Source: Candidatus Microgenomates bacterium (lineage in GTDB: Bacteria; Patescibacteriota; Microgenomatia; JACQLA01). From it: DNA of 64,000 nt. The translations under genes were made by a program, and so were the position numbers. Shown here piece by piece: positions 11,674 to 21,396 of this stretch. The stretch is taken from the NCBI GenBank assembly GCA_016204255.1, contig JACQLA010000003.1, positions 184,088 to 248,087 of the forward strand, written 5' to 3'. The notes below the pieces were generated by a model. That model had not been told where the DNA came from. It saw nothing but the letters and a program-made list of their open reading frames with translations, and did no database searches. How positions within the stretch are numbered: the first letter of the stretch is position 1; every line of letters starts with the position of its first letter.

Positions 11674-13125
11674 CTAAGCAGTTTTATTAAAATAATCTAA
11701 AATTGATTGCTTTATAGCTGCGGGAGAGCTGTCAATTCTTGACAAATCCTGTCCGGTTAATCGCTGGTAGGGTTCGGTGTATAAAGCTGCCAGCTTCCCA
11801 GTGATTTCTTCGGGAACGTGCGGAATGCGGCCCTCGCCGGAAAACCCATGATCCACAAGCCAAAGTCGTAAAAATTCCTTATCCAGACTTTCCGGTTCCT
11901 CTCCGCGTTTTAGTTTTTCTTTATAACTTTCCAATCGCCAAAGTCTTGAAGAATCGGGAGTAAAAATTTCATCAATTAAAACCAGTTTGCCGTTTTTATC
12001 TTTTCCAAATTCAAATTTGGTGTCCACCAAAATCAGCCCGGCTTTTTTATAAATTCTGGCCGCTCTTTCAAATAAGGCTTGAGCAGCTTCTTCCATTTCC
12101 CGGTATGTCTTGCCAAAAAGTTTTGTGGCCTGGCTGGGCGAAATAATTTTGTCATGCTGACCCCCTTCGGCTTTGGTTGTCGGAGTAAAAACAAGTTTTG
12201 GCAGTTTTTGATTTTTTAAAAGTCCTTTGGGTAATTTTAGCCAATCATAAAGACCGGTTTTTTCGCTATAATTTTTCCATAAAGATGTCGAGGTTGAACC
12301 GGTAATATAGGCCCGGACAATCATTTCAATCGGGACCGATTTGCATTCTGTGCAAACTGTAACGTTGGGGTGGGGGATAGCAATCATGTGATTGGGAATA
12401 ATATCTTTAGTTTTTTCAAACCAGAATTTAGACAAAGTGTTTAAAAGGCGGCCTTTGCCGGGAGTTAAGCAAACGATGCGATCAAAAGCCGACTGCCGAT
12501 CGGTAGTAATCATCAATCGTTTGCCATCTTTCAAAACCCAATTATCCCGAACCTTACCCTGAATCTTCGGGCCGAAAGAACGGGGCAAATTAACTGTTTC
12601 CAAAGTTTGAAGAGTAGGGGAGTGATAGGAATTATTTTTTTCACTCAGGACGATATCCGCCTGAACAATTTTTTCGCGAAAACTTTTTTGATAATTTTCA
12701 AATTTTTCCGCAAGTTCCAAATTATCTAAAGCAAAAATTTTAACCGCCGCCAAAGCCGCCGTCTCCGGCTCTAAAACTACCGTAGCTGCAATCCCGGAAG
12801 GCATCCGCAACGAAGAAAAAATATCCGCCCCACCGTATTTTTCGCCATAAGGGGGACAGGAAATCACCGGATTTTTAGTCTGGGCGTCTATAAAACCGCC
12901 CAAAGCATTTGATCGCCCGGCCACAGCAATATAAATAATTTTTTTATTCTGACCATCATAATTTTTGATTAGTTCCAAAAGATGTGCGGGTGTTTTATGC
13001 GCCGAACCGATACGCAAAACAGATTCAACCGAGAATTTATCTAAAACTTGTTTTATTTTTTCAGCCTGCTCCTGATCGGTAGGGGAGCCCATCACAATTA
13101 CTACCAGTTCTTCTCGACTATTCAT
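11674..13125 (-). CDS. purC: Fused AIR carboxylase (class II PurE, N-terminal) and SAICAR synthetase (PurC, C-terminal)
   Basis: PurE: MGSPTD, SAHKTP, AGRSNALGG, SSLRMPSG. PurC: GKVRD, TDRQSAFD, TPTTKA, DTKFEFG, DEIFTPDSSR. Confidence 0.9.
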   Translation of the reverse strand: MNSREELVVIVMGSPTDQEQAEKIKQVLDKFSVESVLRIGSAHKTPAHLLELIKNYDGQNKKIIYIAVAGRSNALGGFIDAQTKNPVISCPPYGEKYGGADIFSSLRMPSGIAATVVLEPETAALAAVKIFALDNLELAEKFENYQKSFREKIVQADIVLSEKNNSYHSPTLQTLETVNLPRSFGPKIQGKVRDNWVLKDGKRLMITTDRQSAFDRIVCLTPGKGRLLNTLSKFWFEKTKDIIPNHMIAIPHPNVTVCTECKSVPIEMIVRAYITGSTSTSLWKNYSEKTGLYDWLKLPKGLLKNQKLPKLVFTPTTKAEGGQHDKIISPSQATKLFGKTYREMEEAAQALFERAARIYKKAGLILVDTKFEFGKDKNGKLVLIDEIFTPDSSRLWRLESYKEKLKRGEEPESLDKEFLRLWLVDHGFSGEGRIPHVPEEITGKLAALYTEPYQRLTGQDLSRIDSSPAAIKQSILDYFNKTA

Positions 13126-14543
13126 AATTCCTCCTTTGCAGATTTTATTTCATTAATAGCATTTTCCGTGATTTTAACCGCCAAACCAATATAATTTTGG
13201 GGGGTCAGTTTTTGCAAAACTTTTTTATCGGCAGGGGAGACAGGTAAGCTCTTAATTAATTTCAACCATTCCGTCTTGCCGATATGGCGTCCGCGGGTTT
13301 TAGACAGGATTAAGGAATAGGGATCTTCGACACCTCGCCGACGCATCAAAGTCTGCGCCGCTTCGGAAAGAACTGTCCAGTCTTCATCTAAATCTTTACT
13401 AATCTTTCCGCTATTTGTTTTTAATCTTAAGAGACCATTTAATGTATTTTTGTAAGCTAAAAGAGACCATCCTAAAGGCACACCCATATCCCTCACGATT
13501 GTGCTGTCGGAAAGATCACGCTGAAGCCGTGAGGTCGCCAGCTCCCGGCAAAAATATTCGAGTAATGCGGTCGCTTTACCCAAATTACCCTCGCTATTTT
13601 CAAAACGCCAGGGATTTATTTTTTGCGGCATCGCCGAAGACCCAACCTCTCCTTTTTTATTTTCCTGAACAAACCAGTTGTCGCTCACATAACGCCAGAT
13701 GTCCTGATCAAAATCTATAAGTATCCCGTTAATTCGCTGATAATTTTGAAAAAAGGTAATCATATCCTCATAAGGATTAATTTGAGTTGTGACCAAATTT
13801 GGCTCAAAACCAAAAGAGCGGATAAATTTTTGAGCAAAGTTAATCCAATCGATTTCCGGATAGGTGATTTGCAAAGCATTTAAATTTCCCACCGCCCCGG
13901 TGAGTTTTCCAAAAAGCTGGCGGCCAGCCAAAGTTTTTACTTCCCTGTTTAATCGGCTGGCAAAAACCGCAAATTCCTTTCCCAGAGTTGTCGGCACCGC
14001 CCGCTGGCCGTGAGTCCGGGCCATCATAGGAGTATTTTTATCCCTTTCCGCCCGATTAATTAGTTCTTCGATTAGGCGATCCAAAGCGGGGATTAGAACC
14101 TGATCGGTTGCCCTTTTCAAAGCAAGCCGGTAAGCCAAATTATTAACATCTTCTGAGGTTAAACCGATATGAATTTTTTCAATCAGATCTTTCAGACTTC
14201 CTGTTAGCCGCAGCCGGAAGGATTTTTCCATAGCCTTAACGTCGTGATCGGTTTCAGTCTCGATCTTTTTGACTTTTTCTCCATCCTGAAGTGTCATACT
14301 TTGGCCGAAAGATTCAAGCTTTTGTCTTTCCGCCGCCGTCAACGGCCGAATAATTCCTTCATCTGATAGAGCAATCAAATATTTGGCTTCGACCTCAATT
14401 CTTAAGCGGATGAGATTGTATTCACAGACAAAAGGAGCAAGATCGACAACATCTTTTCGATTGCGGCCATCCAAAATGGAAATAGCAGTTAATTCCTGTA
14501 GAGGTAAAGTTTTTAAGTGAGTACCTTTGGTTTTTCCCGGCAT
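13122..14543 (-). CDS. purB: Adenylosuccinate lyase
   Basis: TDHDVKA, HIGLTSEDVNN, ARTHGQ and fumarase-superfamily signature GSSAMPQKINP. Confidence 0.93.
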   Translation of the reverse strand: MPGKTKGTHLKTLPLQELTAISILDGRNRKDVVDLAPFVCEYNLIRLRIEVEAKYLIALSDEGIIRPLTAAERQKLESFGQSMTLQDGEKVKKIETETDHDVKAMEKSFRLRLTGSLKDLIEKIHIGLTSEDVNNLAYRLALKRATDQVLIPALDRLIEELINRAERDKNTPMMARTHGQRAVPTTLGKEFAVFASRLNREVKTLAGRQLFGKLTGAVGNLNALQITYPEIDWINFAQKFIRSFGFEPNLVTTQINPYEDMITFFQNYQRINGILIDFDQDIWRYVSDNWFVQENKKGEVGSSAMPQKINPWRFENSEGNLGKATALLEYFCRELATSRLQRDLSDSTIVRDMGVPLGWSLLAYKNTLNGLLRLKTNSGKISKDLDEDWTVLSEAAQTLMRRRGVEDPYSLILSKTRGRHIGKTEWLKLIKSLPVSPADKKVLQKLTPQNYIGLAVKITENAINEIKSAKEEL

Positions 14544-14635
14544 AACTTGTTACGCGGATCTTGAGCTCTAAAATACTTTTTTACTTGGCAAAAGTCAAGT
14601 GAAAATTTACTTTACAATATGCTATAATTGGCTAG

Positions 14636-14902
14636 ATGGAAAAGAATACCTCTCAAACGACTGAAGTGGTTGTAAATGCTGATTTGGTTGTCGGCAGTAC
14701 GTATTCACAGTTCGTTGGCGTTACGGTAACAGACGTTGATATTACATTGGAATTTGTTTTTATAAGCCCACGAGAAAAAACAAAAGGACAAGTTGTTTCT
14801 AGAGTCACGTTACCACGTCCCTCGGGAGAAGATCTTGCTCGTACAATATTAAACACAATTAAATTACACGAAGAGAAGAAGAAAGGAAAAAAACATGAGT
14901 AA
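14636..14902 (+). CDS. Small protein, DUF3467-like
   Basis: YSQFVGVTVT...ITLEFVF...VVSRVTLP pattern; TGCTATAAT extended -10 just upstream. Confidence 0.6.
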   Translation: MEKNTSQTTEVVVNADLVVGSTYSQFVGVTVTDVDITLEFVFISPREKTKGQVVSRVTLPRPSGEDLARTILNTIKLHEEKKKGKKHE

Positions 14903-15146
14903 TTCTTATACACTTCCAATTCCAAATACAAGTATTATAAGATCGACCTTTACGGAAGTAAATTATATGAAATTAATTAAAAATATTGTTTCAGAATTTA
15001 CAACCTTTGGGGCAGATAGTATTTTCAACGAATTAATTACAAATAAAACCTTTATTGCTGAGGCAAGGGAGGCGAGAAAACAAATTAAAAAACATCCCTC
15101 GAGCTTTACGAACTTTACTGAAAAATTCTCATCTCTAATTGATTAA
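14895..15146 (+). CDS. Putative antitoxin
   Basis: 83 aa with C-terminal FIAEAREARKQIK helix; stop/start overlap (TAATG) with the RelE-like gene. Confidence 0.5.
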   Translation: MSNSYTLPIPNTSIIRSTFTEVNYMKLIKNIVSEFTTFGADSIFNELITNKTFIAEAREARKQIKKHPSSFTNFTEKFSSLID

Positions 15147-15451
15147 TGTATGCCATCTTCGCGAAAAATAAAAATATCGAAAGAGACTACGAACAATTAC
15201 TGCTTTCGTTAGATAAAATAGAGCAACGAAAGTTAATGACGACTCTTACTAAATATCCAAAGTCTACACCAAGAAATAAAAGAATTGAAACAATTGGTAG
15301 AGTTGAAAAGAAGGGTAAATTTTGGCAATATTATGCGCCGGATGGAAACAGAGTTATATACGACGTTAGAGACCGACCAAAACAAGTAATAGTTCAGTTT
15401 GCTGGCGACCACGAAGATACCGGAATTTGGCTCAGACGTAATGCCCAATGA
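15146..15451 (+). CDS. Putative RelE/ParE-fold toxin
   Basis: 101 aa, basic; C-terminal NRVIYDV...VIVQFAGDH pattern typical of the RelE fold. Confidence 0.6.
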   Translation: MYAIFAKNKNIERDYEQLLLSLDKIEQRKLMTTLTKYPKSTPRNKRIETIGRVEKKGKFWQYYAPDGNRVIYDVRDRPKQVIVQFAGDHEDTGIWLRRNAQ

Positions 15452-15455
15452 ATTT

Positions 15456-16637
15456 CTAAGTAATAATTTTGGGGAGCTGATTTGTTTTTATTGCCTCTTT
15501 GATTTCCATGGCGACGCGTTCGCCCATACTAACCGGTCTTCCATATAAATAGGAGCTATAGGGAGTGGCCGCGATTCCTGGGGAGCCCGGCATGCGCAGG
15601 GCCACGTCAAAAACCGCGATTTCTTTTTTGGGTGGACCGGGCAAGATAACCGCTTGCAAGCCAAAAGGGCCGATAATTCCCGGCCCAAACATCTCTTTTG
15701 TCGCCTCGACAAACCGTTCTCCCATCTCGTAAGCCATCTCTAAAAATGATTCCAAAACAGTCACAGCAATGTGACCCGCCTCCTCATAGGTCGGGCGGAT
15801 TTTGGCTAAAATTTGCGCCTGTTGTGTCTGAGGTAAACGCAAGAGTCCGTCTAAATTTGTTTGTCTTCTTGTGTCAGTTCCCAAAAGCTCTAAGCGGCCG
15901 AGAGTAGGGGAGTAGAAAAAGTTGAAATTGACCTGGGCACCAAGTAGAAATTCTTCAATAATTACATTTTTTAGCCCGCTTTCGGTAATTTTTCCGATTT
16001 TAATTAATTTTTCTGATTCGGTTAAAAATTCTTTATAGGAATTTGCCAGAAAAAAGGCCCGCTCAAATGATCGTTCTTTTTCATTAACGCTGACTTTAAC
16101 AATTACCATCCGATCAATATCTTTGGGATTTTTGAAAATCTTCGGATACTTAATCCCGCCTTTTTCCAAAAGATCATACTGGTTGGGTTTTACCGATCTT
16201 TCTTCGGCCCGAAACAAAAAGCGGTTGCCAAAGACAGGGATTTTAAATTTTTTTTCAATTCCGTCATAATCCCCGAGATAAACTTCAAAGGAGCGGTGGG
16301 GGATAAAGATGCAGTTTTTGGCCCGCAGTTTTTTTTGAACATCCGCAGTTAATAAATCTTTTATTTTTTCAACATAAAAAATTTCATCCACGCAACCGAC
16401 CGAAGGTCGTCCTGAGCTTGCCTGCGGTGAGGACATTCGGCTGAGCTCAGTCGAAGCCCTTGTCGAATCTGCCGAAGGACCTCTTTTAAAATATTGATCA
16501 TAAACTTTTCCCCGGCCTTTTTCCGCGATCACCAGCGTCTTAAACCCCATTTTTTTGGCGCCAAAACAAACTTCCAAGGCACTGTGCCGGGCAAAAACAG
16601 CAATAATGGGATTTTTATAATCTTTAACTGAGGTCAT
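15456..16637 (-). CDS. PurP-like ATP-grasp ligase (second archaeal paralogue group) with an in-frame repeat insertion
   Basis: RHSALEVCFGAK, IPHRSFEVY, FGNRFLFRAEER, ERAFF, GTDTRRQTNLDG, SMGERVAMEIK. Confidence 0.85.
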   Translation of the reverse strand: MTSVKDYKNPIIAVFARHSALEVCFGAKKMGFKTLVIAEKGRGKVYDQYFKRGPSADSTRASTELSRMSSPQASSGRPSVGCVDEIFYVEKIKDLLTADVQKKLRAKNCIFIPHRSFEVYLGDYDGIEKKFKIPVFGNRFLFRAEERSVKPNQYDLLEKGGIKYPKIFKNPKDIDRMVIVKVSVNEKERSFERAFFLANSYKEFLTESEKLIKIGKITESGLKNVIIEEFLLGAQVNFNFFYSPTLGRLELLGTDTRRQTNLDGLLRLPQTQQAQILAKIRPTYEEAGHIAVTVLESFLEMAYEMGERFVEATKEMFGPGIIGPFGLQAVILPGPPKKEIAVFDVALRMPGSPGIAATPYSSYLYGRPVSMGERVAMEIKEAIKTNQLPKIIT

Positions 16638-16656
16638 TTTATCTTAAGTATTTCCT

Positions 16657-16800
16657 TGTCATTTCGAGCACATTCGTTACACTCAGCGTAAACTCCGCGA
16701 GAAATCTAGCGAACCCCGATTTTATCGGGGGAAGCGTAAAATGCGATACTTCTTGCCTAGATTTCTCACCCCCGATTTAATCGGGGGATTCGAAATGACA
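16657..16800. repeat. Composite palindromic REP-like element
   Basis: Perfect terminal IR tgtcatttcga/tcgaaatgaca; internal gagaaatctag/ctagatttctc; two ccccgattt-atcgggg hairpins. Confidence 0.75.
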
Positions 16801-16810
16801 TTCAGCGTTA

Positions 16811-17815
16811 TTAATCCAAAACCAGATTTAATTTATTTTGGCCAATCGCGTTTTTTATCTCCCGGGCAATTCTTCGGCCGGTTGACATCGGCTCATCATA
16901 TAAAAATTGCGTGTAAGGCGATCCTTCGATAAAAAGATTAGTCCCCGCAACGATCCGACAGGAAATTTCAATTACAAAAAACTTTTGATCGGGAGTGATG
17001 ATCGTTTCCAAACAAAATGGGCCAAAGAGTCCTTTTTTCGGTATAATCTTTTGGGATGTTTTAACAACTTTCTCACCCATGGCAAAAGCTTCCGGTAAAA
17101 GCGATTCGCGCAGGGTCAAGGGACTGTTCCCCACAACAACGTATGATGGTTGAATGCCAAGACCTTCCTGGTTTTGGGAAGGGATACGGCCTAAGGAATC
17201 AACATTGGTTTCATACCGACGGTCAATGCTTAAAATTTCAAGTTTTCCAGTTAAGGGCGAGTAAAAGTAATGAATAAAAAGTGGTACCCCGATAATATAT
17301 TCCTGGATAACATAATCCCGAACGGTGAAATGGATAATTTTTTCGGCAAATTCCTTTTTATTGCGGGCAAAAAAGTAACCCCGGCCGCCGGCTGCGCCAT
17401 TGGATTTGACCATTACCGGTGCGTTAATTTGAGCAGGTAGATCAAATTGTCGCGGGATGTTTATACCCGCCTGCATTAACCAATCTCTTTGCCTTTTTCG
17501 ATCAGCTTCCCAATCTAAAACATCTTTGTTACCAAAATAAGAGGTTTTCATCTTTTTATTTTCATCCAAACCTAAATAAGCCACAAAAGAACCATGAGGA
17601 ATAATAATTACTCTTTTTTCCAGAAGTTTTTTTTCGATTTTGAAAAAATCTACATATTTTTTGATCGTTATCAATTCATCAATAAAGGGAAAGTTTTTAT
17701 AAAAAGATGAAAATTCCGGCGTGGTGATGGCAATTGTCGCAAAGCCCTCATCTTTGGCCCCCTTAAGAATTTGCAGACAGGAATGTGAGGCCAGGGTCGC
17801 AATTGTGTATTTCAT
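16811..17815 (-). CDS. purP: Formate-dependent FAICAR synthetase (archaeal PurP)
   Basis: IATLASHSCLQILKGAKDEGF, IPHGSFVAY, GGRGYF, IDRRYETN, RIVAGTN, MSTGRRIAREIK. Confidence 0.88.
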   Translation of the reverse strand: MKYTIATLASHSCLQILKGAKDEGFATIAITTPEFSSFYKNFPFIDELITIKKYVDFFKIEKKLLEKRVIIIPHGSFVAYLGLDENKKMKTSYFGNKDVLDWEADRKRQRDWLMQAGINIPRQFDLPAQINAPVMVKSNGAAGGRGYFFARNKKEFAEKIIHFTVRDYVIQEYIIGVPLFIHYFYSPLTGKLEILSIDRRYETNVDSLGRIPSQNQEGLGIQPSYVVVGNSPLTLRESLLPEAFAMGEKVVKTSQKIIPKKGLFGPFCLETIITPDQKFFVIEISCRIVAGTNLFIEGSPYTQFLYDEPMSTGRRIAREIKNAIGQNKLNLVLD

Positions 17816-17911
17816 TGATGTATTGTATGGCAGAGGCTGAGAAAATGCAATTAGCAGCGCTTATTTTACTTCGAAGCCCTAAAGTATTAAAATATTCAGC
17901 ATTAAATTAAT

Positions 17912-19003
17912 ATGACAACCACCAAAGAAGGTTATAACCCTAATTCAGCAGGAAGTAGTTCTTCCCTGGCAGGCTTGACGCTCCATCCGGAAATTCCTGA
18001 GAAACCCTCAGATGATTTTTTAAATGGATGGCGGCGTTTTAAGACTAAACCGCCGGAAATCGATCTTTCCAAAGGCAATTTTTGGCAAACCGAGCTTGGC
18101 GCAGCAGCTAAAGAATTCGTTTTTGCGCAAACAGATCGTCCCAAAACAACTGTCCAGGTTGCCAAAAAATTACGGTTAAAAGGGGGTAAAGAATCATCTC
18201 ATTTTATAATGAAGCTCGTTCGAAGCGGAATAATTGTAGGCGCGGAAAAAGCCGGAGGCAGAGGATATCGACTCCCTAAACCTCAAATGATTATTTGCGC
18301 CCTTGTTCTCCGTGACTTAGAAGATGGCCTTTCACTTCCCGAAATCGTAAGTCATCTTTCTCAAAAACTGGAGGGGACCGATTTAAAGCAATTTGTGGGC
18401 GAGGCAAAGGAAAATTATGATGATTTAAAACCTGGGGTGGTTTTTTTCACCGAAACTTCTCCCTGGTATCAAAAAACCTTTGAGTGCATGACAGTAACTG
18501 ATTCCCAAGGGACATTAGGCGGTGAGGATAAGTCATTAATCTCCCAAAATGTTCAACCAGACACGGAAGAAATTGATGAGGAAGACTTACCCGAGTTTAA
18601 ACCAAAAAGCCCATTAGATAAGATCATAGAAATTGATGAGGAACAATTGGCAGAGTTGGAAAAAATTGATCCGGAACGACTTAAAAAGATTTACGGTCGC
18701 GCGCCTGACAACTCTCTAGAAACGTTTAACCTTCATCGCCTAAATGCGATTGCGAGCGAAAAACTACCATTCTCTGTGGTGAAAACATTGCTATTCATTC
18801 ATCTTGTTCGAAATAGACATCTCAGGCCTCTAGATGAGAAGTTAGATGATTTAACTTTCGCCGATTTTCGGCGTACGGCCCAAACTTGTCTTAGAATTTT
18901 TGACGACTATCCTCATCTCCAAAATCTTGCTCAGCTTTATAAATATCTCAGGCAAGCGGTTGAAGAAAATCCAACTCGATTTATGGAGCCCTCAAGATAT
19001 TAA
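17912..19003 (+). CDS. Hypothetical protein with a possible HTH/winged-helix segment
   Basis: TTVQVAKKL...KLVRSGII...GGRGYRL...GLSLPEI resembles MerR/wHTH; acidic central linker. Confidence 0.55.
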   Translation: MTTTKEGYNPNSAGSSSSLAGLTLHPEIPEKPSDDFLNGWRRFKTKPPEIDLSKGNFWQTELGAAAKEFVFAQTDRPKTTVQVAKKLRLKGGKESSHFIMKLVRSGIIVGAEKAGGRGYRLPKPQMIICALVLRDLEDGLSLPEIVSHLSQKLEGTDLKQFVGEAKENYDDLKPGVVFFTETSPWYQKTFECMTVTDSQGTLGGEDKSLISQNVQPDTEEIDEEDLPEFKPKSPLDKIIEIDEEQLAELEKIDPERLKKIYGRAPDNSLETFNLHRLNAIASEKLPFSVVKTLLFIHLVRNRHLRPLDEKLDDLTFADFRRTAQTCLRIFDDYPHLQNLAQLYKYLRQAVEENPTRFMEPSRY

Positions 19004-19009
19004 AAACGT

Positions 19010-20627
19010 ATGCGACAAGAGAGAACAATTGGCAATATTCATGAACACCACCCCAGGAAGAATCCATATGGGGAATATTTAACTGGGGATGAAATCAAAT
19101 TTAGTCTTCAAACCCTACAATCAGATGGCTCTTTAAGGTCTTGTGATCAAAGAATAGTTATTCGAGATGTTCGCGGCGGAGGGTTTTTTGGGCGGGTTAT
19201 AATTCCTGAAGATGGAGGATACGTTATAAAAACTTCCTGCCCGGATTCATGGCATCATTTATGGCGGGAAGTTAACTGGGATTTCAAACCGTTTCCAGCT
19301 CGAGTCTTTGAAATTGACGCCCAACTCGAACATCTTTCCACAAGACTTATTCATCAAGTTTTACCAAGATTATCCGGCGGAAAATTCCGCAGTCCTGATT
19401 CATTTGGCTACACGGACTTGCCCAACGGATTTGCTCAAGTCGTAGAAAAAATGGAGGGAAGAGGGCCACGATTTGATTTGCCTAAAAACGAATTTTTGGA
19501 ATTTCGCCAGGCACAGGAAGAACTCACCGATTTGGCTTTGCGTCTAGGTCTTGAACAAGCAGGTCAGATACACCCGGAAAATCCTTTTGGAATGGCCAAT
19601 CTTTGGAAAGAAAAAGACGGCCATGGTTTTATTTGGCTCGATACCATTCCAGCTATTCCCCACAATGGCTGGATTAAACCTTTTTTCCACTTTAAATTTC
19701 ATAAAAAAAATGCGGCAGTGGTTTGCTCAGAAAAAAACTACTTTTAATCGTATCCATACAGGATACTTCCTGAATGAAATAGTCCAAAATAAACATCTTT
19801 TCCCGCCTGATCTTTACCAAGAATTAAAACAAGAGCTTTCCCTTTATGAAAAACTTTGGGAGAAAAGAGAAGAAATACATAAAAACGACAAACCGGATAT
19901 CGGTCCGGCGGCAAGAGCCCTGGGTGAAACCGCCAAAGATCTGCTTACTGAAAGAGCCATTTTTAAACTAATCGCCGATCCTGAATATAGGGCAAATAAG
20001 TTGGCTGATTTTATCTCTATCCTGACCGATCCTAAATATCGTGCTTTTTTACTCCAGAAAAATATTATTTTAAGAGGAGTAGAAAGAGCCCGGCAAGAAG
20101 GAATAATTGCTGACGATGAATGGAGTGCTGTCTGGGAAGCGATGGAAATTGCTCGGGCCCCTGAGAGAAAAACCCGTTTCGATCCGAAGGCAACTTTAAC
20201 AAGCTTGCAAATTTATTACCTTGTCTCAGGTCAAATCCTAAACATTCTTGAAGGTTCTGCATATATAAAAGCAGTCCTCGACGAAGATAAATTTAAGGCT
20301 GTAGCTTTAGGGATATTTGTTGGTCGAATACTACCATCTATCATAAGGCCGGTCTCAACCTTGATAACCGGAGCCGTTAGTAAAAACGATCTCAGAGTTG
20401 CTACAGTCTTCTCGGCTTTTCCCGGCGGAACCTGGGCCGCTATACCCATTCAATTCGGTGCCATGGCAGCAGGTAGAAATCGGTTAGTTTTACATTATGC
20501 TATTCGAGACATTATTGCTGGATTATCAAAGTTAAGTCCATCAGGCGGTTGGGGAACAGAATTAGAAGCTAAACTTTATGAAAAAGTTGGAGCACGTTTG
20601 GAAAAAATTGCCCAGCCAAAAGATTAA
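19010..20627 (+). pseudogene. Kinase-like membrane protein split by a frameshift at an A8 tract (ORFs 19010..19747 and 19551..20627)
   Basis: GGGFFGRV...VIK kinase-like N-lobe; deleting one A from 19703-19710 joins FHFKFHKK to MRQWFAQ; hydrophobic C-terminus. Confidence 0.6.
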
Positions 20628-20663
20628 CTCATTTATTCCCCGAGTGGAAGGCATCGTGGACTT
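20625..20663. repeat. 39-bp direct repeat, copy 1 (duplicate of xer 3' end)
   Basis: taactcatttattccccgagtggaaggcatcgtggactt, identical to 21358..21396. Confidence 0.92.
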
Positions 20664-20739
20664 TTCGCAGTTATTTGTTAATAATACTAGATCTTCAGAT
20701 AATTTGCCTATACTCTATTTAAAATAGTAAAATACGCCT

Positions 20740-21360
20740 ATGGGTAGCAAGGAAGAAAGACAACAGAATCGAGGAGAAAAAAAGCCAATTGGAAAGTGGA
20801 CAACAGAATGGGAGCCAGGATTGGATGTGGAACTACCCATAAAGGGTGACGATATACAGGGTTTCTCCGGTTGGGCCTCGTGGGTTTGTTTCGGTGAGCA
20901 CCATCTGGGATTTGACTTTGCCGTCTATATTGATGAAAAAGGGAATCAGATTGAAGGTCTTCCAAAAGATACCCCTGTAAGAGCTATTGCGGACGGCACG
21001 GTAGTAATGGTTGATAACTGGGATAATTTCCTTGAGGATCCATATTATAACTTTATTAGTATCAGACACGGCCATAATGAGGCAGGACCATCTTCAGAAT
21101 ATATCCATATCATATCTTTAGTTAAGATGGGCCAACTTGTTAAAAAGGGAGAGGTCATAGGAAAAGTGTGGGAAGCTGAAGATCCGGAAGAAAGAAAAGA
21201 ACATCCGGCCCCACACCTACATCTTTCCTTAGCCAATGGTCGCGTGGAAACAGACGAACCATTAGATTTAGGAGAGGTGGATCCTGTTAAAGTCTTCCCA
21301 GAGTTGGGGAAGATTCCGCAATTTATTGAACCAGACGATGATGAGTTAACTGTAATCTAA
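20740..21360 (+). CDS. M23-family metallopeptidase
   Basis: HLGFD (HxxxD), PVRAIADGTV, YIH, VKKGEVIG and PHLH motifs. Confidence 0.85.
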   Translation: MGSKEERQQNRGEKKPIGKWTTEWEPGLDVELPIKGDDIQGFSGWASWVCFGEHHLGFDFAVYIDEKGNQIEGLPKDTPVRAIADGTVVMVDNWDNFLEDPYYNFISIRHGHNEAGPSSEYIHIISLVKMGQLVKKGEVIGKVWEAEDPEERKEHPAPHLHLSLANGRVETDEPLDLGEVDPVKVFPELGKIPQFIEPDDDELTVI

Positions 21361-21396
21361 CTCATTTATTCCCCGAGTGGAAGGCATCGTGGACTT
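21358..21396. repeat. 39-bp direct repeat, copy 2 (3' end of xer gene)
   Basis: Identical to 20625..20663; minus strand encodes [10 protein letters not shown]-stop. Confidence 0.92.

Noticed and set aside
16741-16932. 63-aa ORF MRYFLPRFLTPDLIGGFEMT
   Set aside because: Translation of the REP-like element plus antisense purP
20625-21396. 39-bp repeats as a CRISPR array or integron attC sites
   Set aside because: Only two copies 733 bp apart, identical to xer coding sequence; no cas genes, no attC-like palindrome and no IntI-specific insertion evident in the recombinase
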